Notes under the pieces: model-generated
What the model was told of the DNA's origin: nothing
The model's input: the letters and a program-made list of their open reading frames with translations, nothing else
The model's database searches: none
Position numbers and translations under genes: made by a program
Source: an uncultured Flavobacteriaceae bacterium
Lineage (GTDB): Bacteria; Bacteroidota; Bacteroidia; Flavobacteriales; Flavobacteriaceae
Reading direction: 5' to 3'
NCBI GenBank assembly: GCA_963703125.1
Contig: OY969790.1
Location: 2,575,832 to 2,639,831 of the forward strand
DNA length: 64,000 bases
In this document: in pieces, positions 58,038 to 64,000 of the stretch
How the letters are laid out: every line of letters begins with the position of its first letter
Numbering within the stretch: position 1 is the stretch's first letter

Positions 58038-58190
58038 ACATCTGAACTATTAGCAATAATGATTTTGAATCATTGAATTCAAACCCGATTTTAAAATCGG
58101 AAATCTTTTTCACAATTAAACACCTTAATTATAATATATATAAAATGCTTACGTTTTACGTAAGTTATATCCTACTATAATTTTTTTACT

Positions 58191-59330
58191 ATGAAAATAC
58201 TAACTATAGACGATCAGCAATTAATTCTCTTATCCGTAGAGAAACGTTTAATAGAACTAGGTTACACCGTCAAGACCGCGAATAGTGGTCAAAAAGGGAT
58301 AGAATTGTTCAAGTCATTTGAACCTGACCTTGTTCTTGTAGATATCAATATGCCAGATATGTCTGGTTTGGATGTGGTAAAGCATATTAAAAAAGAGAGT
58401 CAGAGAAATACTCCTGTTCTCATAATGTCCGGTAATACAGAGGAAAATATTATCATGAACGGTTTTACGCTGGGTATCGATGATTACATGAAAAAACCGG
58501 TGAGTTTAGATGAAATGGCCGCTCGTATCAAAAGGCTTATCGGTGCTCCTGAAGTTTCGAACAGCTCTAAGGGTTCATTAGATGCCAGAATGTTGCAGAA
58601 GAATTGTGTAGGTGTAGTTATACCTTGCTATAATGAAGAAGAACGGTTATTGGGAAAAGAATTTAAGGATTTCGCCCACAAAAACCTAGGCTACCATTTA
58701 TGTTTTGTAAACGATGGTAGTACCGATAGAACTCTTGAAATTTTGAGGGAATTAGAAAAAGGAAGCGAGAGTAATATTAGCATTTATAATTGCGAAAAAA
58801 ATGGCGGGAAGGCAGAAGCTGTTCGACAAGGTATGTTGCATTTAGCGCAGGATCCACAACTTGACTACATTGGTTTCTTGGATGCCGATTTGTCGACCGA
58901 TTTTAGGGATTTTGATGATTTAGTGGAAACCTTGGATACCTCCAATTTTAAGATTGTTAGTGGTTCTAGAATGAGCCGCATGGGTGCTGATATTACCAAG
59001 GAATCTGCACGTAAATTGATTAGTATGTCCATCAATCTTATTATCAGGACCATCTTAAAAATGCCTTTTAACGATACGCAATGTGGTGCCAAAGTGATGG
59101 ATAAATCATTGATTCCGCTACTTTTTAATAAACCGTTTATCACCAAATGGTTGTTCGATGTTGAAATGTTCATGAGAATGCGCAAATATTATGGTAAAAC
59201 GAAAGCCAAAGAATTGATTTGCGAACAGCCACTTAAAAGATGGATACATGCAGATGGTTCCAAGTTGTCCATGAAAGACTCCGTGAAAATTGTTGGCCAA
59301 TTGGCCAAGATAGCAATTTCATATCGCTAG
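58191..59330 (+). CDS. Response-regulator receiver fused to a GT2 glycosyltransferase (polyprenyl-phosphate hexosyltransferase-like)
   Basis: 379 aa. The receiver shows IDDQ, LVLVDINMPDMSG and YMKKP. The GT2 part shows VVIPCYNEE, FVNDGSTD, FLDADL and NDTQCGAK. Confidence 0.85.
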   Translation: MKILTIDDQQLILLSVEKRLIELGYTVKTANSGQKGIELFKSFEPDLVLVDINMPDMSGLDVVKHIKKESQRNTPVLIMSGNTEENIIMNGFTLGIDDYMKKPVSLDEMAARIKRLIGAPEVSNSSKGSLDARMLQKNCVGVVIPCYNEEERLLGKEFKDFAHKNLGYHLCFVNDGSTDRTLEILRELEKGSESNISIYNCEKNGGKAEAVRQGMLHLAQDPQLDYIGFLDADLSTDFRDFDDLVETLDTSNFKIVSGSRMSRMGADITKESARKLISMSINLIIRTILKMPFNDTQCGAKVMDKSLIPLLFNKPFITKWLFDVEMFMRMRKYYGKTKAKELICEQPLKRWIHADGSKLSMKDSVKIVGQLAKIAISYR

Positions 59331-59364
59331 AACTATTTAAATAATCCCCTAAGTAAACTTTAAG

Positions 59365-60645
59365 ATGACTGCAATACAATTAGCCGTTAAAAGAATTTCG
59401 CCTCAACAATTATTCATGGGGAGTGCCTTTTTGGTAAATGGCGGCAATTATCTTTACAATTTGTTGTTGGGTAGAATGTTAGGCCCTGAAGCCTTTGCAG
59501 ATGCTGCCCTTCTGGTGACTTTATTGCTCGTATTATCCTTTATTGGGATGACCTTTCAATTGGCGACCACAAAATTTGCCGTTCTTTTTGACGAAGAACG
59601 ATGGACCAATTTTAAGAATACGATGTATCGTTATGCGTTAGTTTTTGGATTGGTTACCGGTACTTTAATCTTGTTTGGCGCTAATTACTTACAGGTCCTT
59701 TTTCGTACGGAGAATCACTGGATGTTCGTGGTATTTGCCATTTTCATGCCACTTTACTTTGTAATGAGTGTAAACCGAGGCAGGTTTCAAGGAAGGCAGG
59801 AGTTCGGAAAATTGGCCACTACCTACCAAACCGAAATGTGGAGCAGATTGTTGCTCACCTTTATATTCCTTTGGATATTACCTTTTCAATCTGCCATTTT
59901 AATCGCATTGGGCATTGGCGTTTCCTTTGTCTTTGGACTCATTCCTTCTGATCTGAAAGAAGTGAATATTCTATCGAAGGCAAAAATGGATAAGGTCGAT
60001 TTTAAGCAAGTATGGATATTTATAGGACTTACCGCTGGTTATGAATTAACCCAAATTATCATAAACAATAGTGATATTCTTCTGGTAAAACATTATTTCA
60101 ATGATACCGATGCCGGACTTTATTCTTCCCTAGCACTTATTGGTAGGGTAGTCTACTTTGTGGCTTGGATGTTCGTTATGCTGTTAATGCCTACCGTAAT
60201 TCAAAAACGAAAGGATGGCGAGGCCACTGCGCCCGTACTTTTTAAATATGTTTTGTTTATTGGAATATTGTCTGCATGTATCGTAGGTGTTTGTTTTTTA
60301 ATGCCAGAATTCATCATTCAGGTAATGTTCGGTGATGCATATTTATCTGTTGCCGGTTTACTTTGGCAGTATGCTTTGGCAACTTCCTTGTTCGCCATAT
60401 CCAACATATTCGCCTATTATTTTTTATCACTTGACCATTACGCTCCGGTTATTCTATCAGGTATTTTGGGATTGTCCCAGGTGCTTTTAATTGTGTTCTT
60501 CCACGATAGTCTTGCCGCTGTAGTACAGGTTCAAATTTTGGCAATGATTCTATTATTGGTAGCCCAACTGGTTTTCTTTTTTATCAAGAATAAAAAAGTT
60601 AGAATAGAGAAAAATACCAACCAATTAACCACCAGTTTGGATTAA
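59365..60645 (+). CDS. MOP-superfamily oligosaccharide flippase-like membrane protein
   Basis: 426 aa with about 12 TM segments. The N-terminal NGGNYLYNLLLGRMLGP is typical of Wzx/polysaccharide biosynthesis proteins. Confidence 0.65.
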   Translation: MTAIQLAVKRISPQQLFMGSAFLVNGGNYLYNLLLGRMLGPEAFADAALLVTLLLVLSFIGMTFQLATTKFAVLFDEERWTNFKNTMYRYALVFGLVTGTLILFGANYLQVLFRTENHWMFVVFAIFMPLYFVMSVNRGRFQGRQEFGKLATTYQTEMWSRLLLTFIFLWILPFQSAILIALGIGVSFVFGLIPSDLKEVNILSKAKMDKVDFKQVWIFIGLTAGYELTQIIINNSDILLVKHYFNDTDAGLYSSLALIGRVVYFVAWMFVMLLMPTVIQKRKDGEATAPVLFKYVLFIGILSACIVGVCFLMPEFIIQVMFGDAYLSVAGLLWQYALATSLFAISNIFAYYFLSLDHYAPVILSGILGLSQVLLIVFFHDSLAAVVQVQILAMILLLVAQLVFFFIKNKKVRIEKNTNQLTTSLD

Positions 60646-60670
60646 AAGCTAAACTAAAATTATAAACATT

Positions 60671-61900
60671 ATGAGATTAGCAATTGTTACCGCCTACCCG
60701 CCAAGTAAAGTTACTTTAGTAGAGTACGGTTATTATTTAGTGAAACATTTTAGATTGCAGGAGCGCGTAACGGAATTGATCTTGATTACCGACCGTACCG
60801 AAGCTTCCAAAGATCTTGATTTTGAAGAAGAAGGGTGTAAGATTACCATAGAAGAATGTTGGAGTTTCAATAGTTACAACAATATATTGAGTATAAACAA
60901 AGCGCTATCTAAAACCAAACCGGATGCCGTGCTGTTCAATCTCCAATTTTTAAAATTTGGGGATAAAAAAGTACCCGCTGCTTTAGGGTTGTTGCTGCCT
61001 TATGTTTGCAAACTGAAAGGTATACCAACAATTTCCCTGCTACACAATATTCTAGAGAAAGTAGATTTGGACAATGCCGGTTTTACCAAAAATCCTATCC
61101 TACAAAAAATATACAATCTCATCGGAACCACGTTGACACGTTTTGTTTTGGCTTCTGATGTACTTGCGGTTACCATTAGTAAATATGTCACCATATTAGA
61201 AGATAAGTACAAAGTAAGAAACGTTGCCCTTGTTCCCCATGGTTCTTTTGAAACGCCACCAGAGCCTTCTTATATTTTACCTAAAGGACCAAAACAAGTG
61301 ATGGCCTTTGGAAAATTTGGAACGTATAAAAAAATAGAGATCCTTATTGAGGCGGTAGAATTGATTCGCGCTAGAAGTACTGAGGATATTGAAATTGTCA
61401 TTGCAGGAACAGATAGTCCCAATACACCTGGATATTTAGATTCCATAAAAGAAAAATACAGTCATGTTCAACAAATTAGGTTTACAGGTTATGTGGCCGA
61501 ACAAGATGTGCCCAAGCTTTTTGGTGAAAGTGCTGTTACTGTTTTTCCTTATACCTCTACAACAGGAAGTTCTGGGGTGCTACACCAAGCGGGTAGTTAT
61601 GGTAACGCTGTTGTATTACCAGATTTAGGTGATTTGAGCACACTGGTAAAGGAAGAAGGATATGTAGGCGAATTTTTTGATGCCTATGATGCATCCTCCT
61701 TGGCCAATGCCATAGAAAGAATATTGGTGAACGATGCGCATAGGATAGAAATAGGTAAAACTAATTTCAAAGCCGCCTGTTCATTGCCGATGTCTGAAAT
61801 AACGAAGATGTATCTTGATTACTTTGAGGCCATAAAGAAGTCAAAGGAACAAGGGTTCAATTTAGATGTTTCCAATAAAAGTTCAGAATTGGTACACTAA
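60671..61900 (+). CDS. Glycosyltransferase family 4 (copy 2 of the paralog pair)
   Basis: 409 aa, collinear with the 56749-57987 product. Confidence 0.8.
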   Translation: MRLAIVTAYPPSKVTLVEYGYYLVKHFRLQERVTELILITDRTEASKDLDFEEEGCKITIEECWSFNSYNNILSINKALSKTKPDAVLFNLQFLKFGDKKVPAALGLLLPYVCKLKGIPTISLLHNILEKVDLDNAGFTKNPILQKIYNLIGTTLTRFVLASDVLAVTISKYVTILEDKYKVRNVALVPHGSFETPPEPSYILPKGPKQVMAFGKFGTYKKIEILIEAVELIRARSTEDIEIVIAGTDSPNTPGYLDSIKEKYSHVQQIRFTGYVAEQDVPKLFGESAVTVFPYTSTTGSSGVLHQAGSYGNAVVLPDLGDLSTLVKEEGYVGEFFDAYDASSLANAIERILVNDAHRIEIGKTNFKAACSLPMSEITKMYLDYFEAIKKSKEQGFNLDVSNKSSELVH

Positions 61901-61923
61901 AAATTATTTTATAAATGTTTAAA

Positions 61924-61954
61924 AAGGAGTCTGCTTAATAGGGACTTCTTTTTT
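61924..61954. terminator. Candidate bidirectional terminator between convergent genes
   Basis: AAGGAGTC (61924-61931) pairs with GACTTCTT (61943-61950) with one G-T pair. A T run follows. Confidence 0.4.
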
Positions 61955-63479
61955 ATTCTACGATAATTTCAAAAACTGGTTTCTTTTTGCCTTCTGTGTT
62001 AATCAAGCCGAAGTAACGCTGAGGATTTTTACGCCACGGTAATCTACCCACTACACTGTTGGGTACTTCATCAAAATCATAAAGTGTCCATAAAACAAAG
62101 GGAATACGTTCCGCATTTAATGTAGCCTGCATTTCAGTATAATATTGAGTCTGGTCTTCAAGTGAACCTAAATATCCATTCCACAGACCATCATAAGAGG
62201 AATAGCCATACTCCTGTAAGACGATGGGTTTGTTGACCACTTTATTTTTTAGTTTTTTATAGGCCGTTAAAAAATCAACTGGTTTCCGATAATAATGGAA
62301 AGAAACAAAATCAATTTCATCAGATAAATTCTCTGCAGCTTCAGGAGTAGACCAACCAATGGTTATGGGAGTTTCAGCATCCCATTTTTGTATTTCAGTA
62401 ATCATTTGAGACAGCCAAGCCAGAACATTTTCTTTTCCCCTTGTTTCAAAATCAAGGTCGGGCTCATTTTTAATATCCCAGGCGATTAGCGCTTGGTGGT
62501 CTTTAAATTCATCAACTATAAATTGGGCATGTCTATGGGTCAAGGTCCAATCTGGTATGGAATAATCACCGTAAAAATCGAACAAGGTTAGAATCACATC
62601 CAAATTAGCGGCCGAGGCAATGTCCATTACTTTCTGCAGTTTTTCTATTTTTTCATTTTCAATATCCGCTTGACCGAAATCTTCATACGGTACAAAAATC
62701 CGTACGGTATTAAGTCCCATTTCATTGATTATTTTAAAGTCGGATGAAATAATGCTGTCATTGAATTTTTTGCCATACATGTCCCAAGGGGAATCCTTAG
62801 GGTAATAGTTGATGCCCTTTATATTTGAAATTTTACGGTTTAGTTCTGAAATTAGGGTTTGATTGTTCGCAATTGGTATGGAATCATTTTCTATCTCCAC
62901 CATATGACGGATGCGCCAAAAACCATCCTCCAATAGCATCATTACTTTATAGCTACGTTCAAATGCCTTTCTTAGAATAGCTTTCTCTCCATAAAAAAAT
63001 TCTTCATATCCTTTTACGTTTTTATCGGTGAACGTGATGATTTTTCCATCCGCACTATAAAAATCCAATTGGGGGTGATGCTCTAGGGTAGTGGTTTTTA
63101 TGGAGTTGTTGTTTTCTTTATTAAAATCGAGAATCCGAAATAACTTCACCCTTGCACTATCGGTATAATAATCGGCTACACCATAATGATTATTGGTGCT
63201 TAGGGCATCGTTTTTAACGAACCAAGATTTTAAATAATCCCGCTCTATTTCTCCCAAGGTTTGTTTTTCCATAGGTCGTCCTTCATTTTCAAAAGGATAC
63301 CATGTGACTTCAGGTCTGTAGCTTGAAGAAAGTTTGGCGGGCAAATGAAGCATAGTACTGCGATCTGCACCGGTATTTAAATAGGAGAAGATTGAACTTA
63401 TGCCATAGATGACCAGAGCGTTGAGTACGACAAAGGTGATGATTAAGAAAATTCGATAAAGCGTTCTATTCGTTTTCAT
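61953..63479 (-). CDS. Membrane-anchored GH5-like (clan GH-A) glycoside hydrolase
   Basis: 508 aa with an N-terminal TM segment. WDIKNEPD (NEP acid/base) and VLQEYGYSS (nucleophile Glu) fit a cellulase-family (beta/alpha)8 fold. Confidence 0.6.
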   Translation of the reverse strand: MKTNRTLYRIFLIITFVVLNALVIYGISSIFSYLNTGADRSTMLHLPAKLSSSYRPEVTWYPFENEGRPMEKQTLGEIERDYLKSWFVKNDALSTNNHYGVADYYTDSARVKLFRILDFNKENNNSIKTTTLEHHPQLDFYSADGKIITFTDKNVKGYEEFFYGEKAILRKAFERSYKVMMLLEDGFWRIRHMVEIENDSIPIANNQTLISELNRKISNIKGINYYPKDSPWDMYGKKFNDSIISSDFKIINEMGLNTVRIFVPYEDFGQADIENEKIEKLQKVMDIASAANLDVILTLFDFYGDYSIPDWTLTHRHAQFIVDEFKDHQALIAWDIKNEPDLDFETRGKENVLAWLSQMITEIQKWDAETPITIGWSTPEAAENLSDEIDFVSFHYYRKPVDFLTAYKKLKNKVVNKPIVLQEYGYSSYDGLWNGYLGSLEDQTQYYTEMQATLNAERIPFVLWTLYDFDEVPNSVVGRLPWRKNPQRYFGLINTEGKKKPVFEIIVE

Positions 63480-64000
63480 GGTATGGTTATGATCATTTTT
63501 TTTGATAAACCTGCAACATTAATTTCTATGCTATAATTTCCAGGTTCAAAATACTCCCGAGTCAGCTTAAAATTACCTTGTCCTAATCTTGATGTTGTAC
63601 GGTCTTCAAGAATCAAAGAATTTTTTGCATCAAAAACCTTTATTTCGATAGGAATACCATCTGGTGCGGTTTGTTCCATAAAGCTTTTAATTTCTTGCAC
63701 TTCTACAGTACTGGACTCTTTATTGAAATTGGTATGATAATCTTTGATCGCAACCCTAAAGGACAAATGTATGATAGAGCTTTCTGCCGTACCGGTGACA
63801 TAGGCTTTTACCTCCCAATCATCTGGTTTGTACGGATGTAAAAATCTGGCTTTTGCGATTCCGTTCAATGTTGTTCCCACTGCTGTGAGTTGTATTCCTT
63901 CGGAATTTGTGGCGACAAACGAAACTAGTGTACCGTCACTGACAATGTTCCCGAATTCATCTTTTATGCTATCGGTGGAAAACAAAATAACCTGATTACC
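63476..64000 (-). CDS. Beta-rich (Ig-like fold?) protein; C-terminal part only, with the N-terminus outside the window
   Basis: The frame stays open to the window edge (..GNQVILFSTDS..). Its stop overlaps the downstream start (ATGA), so it is likely co-transcribed with the GH5-like gene. Confidence 0.35.
   Translation of the reverse strand, partial: GNQVILFSTDSIKDEFGNIVSDGTLVSFVATNSEGIQLTAVGTTLNGIAKARFLHPYKPDDWEVKAYVTGTAESSIIHLSFRVAIKDYHTNFNKESSTVEVQEIKSFMEQTAPDGIPIEIKVFDAKNSLILEDRTTSRLGQGNFKLTREYFEPGNYSIEINVAGLSKKMIITIP

Noticed and set aside
58044-58074. GAACTATT / GAATCATT pair upstream of the REC-GT2 gene as a further copy of the 21-nt phased motif
   Set aside because: The spacing is 23 nt, not 21, and the second half-site has a transposed core. 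It is too weak to count as a site.
1-64000. Search by eye for CRISPR arrays, rRNA, transposase, integrase or phage genes and toxin-antitoxin or defence cassettes
   Set aside because: I found no regularly spaced repeats, no rRNA-like conserved blocks and no ORFs with recombinase, nuclease or ATPase-defence signatures. The accessory character of the window comes from glycan and signalling loci instead.

Overview
This 64-kb window looks like a Bacteroidota (Flavobacteriia-type) chromosome segment. The taxon call is an inference from gene content, SpII-type lipoprotein signals and the AT-rich intergenic style. I see five modules. (1) 1-7001: a divergent sugar-oxidation cluster with a Zn-ADH, a Gfo/Idh/MocA oxidoreductase, two xylose-isomerase-like TIM barrels (one apparently frameshifted), an MFS permease and a ThuA-like lipoprotein. 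(2) 7.7-34.6 kb: a roughly 27-kb single-strand Wzx/Wzy-type surface polysaccharide locus. It holds a WecA-like initiator, RfbA, two tandem FdtA-like 3,4-ketoisomerases, a GNAT, an adenylating enzyme with two ACPs and a KAS III, a DegT aminotransferase, flippase, polymerase, four GTs, AsnB, a bi-domain oxidoreductase, WecG, WecB, a Wzc BY-kinase and a formyltransferase-like fusion. Paralogous secreted jelly-roll (lyase-like) lipoproteins follow at 34.6-38.2 kb. (3) 39-46.3 kb: a hexuronate module (UxaA, UxaB, TRAP DctPQM, oxidoreductase). (4) 47.0-53.6 kb: a seven-gene signalling operon in the order REC, H-NOX, PAS-HK, FIST, HK, HPt-like, LytTR. It is preceded by a GC-rich structured island and by 21-nt phased direct repeats. 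(5) 53.8-64 kb: a second polysaccharide-type locus with a TPR/beta-barrel porin, a STAS protein, two paralogous GT4s, a receiver-GT2 fusion, a MOP flippase, a GH5-like hydrolase and a partial Ig-like protein. The most interesting hypothesis is that modules 4 and 5 form one unit: a gas/ligand-sensing phosphorelay wired to an exopolysaccharide locus both by a shared cis-motif and by a receiver-glycosyltransferase fusion. I found no rRNA, intact tRNA, CRISPR array, transposase or integrase.
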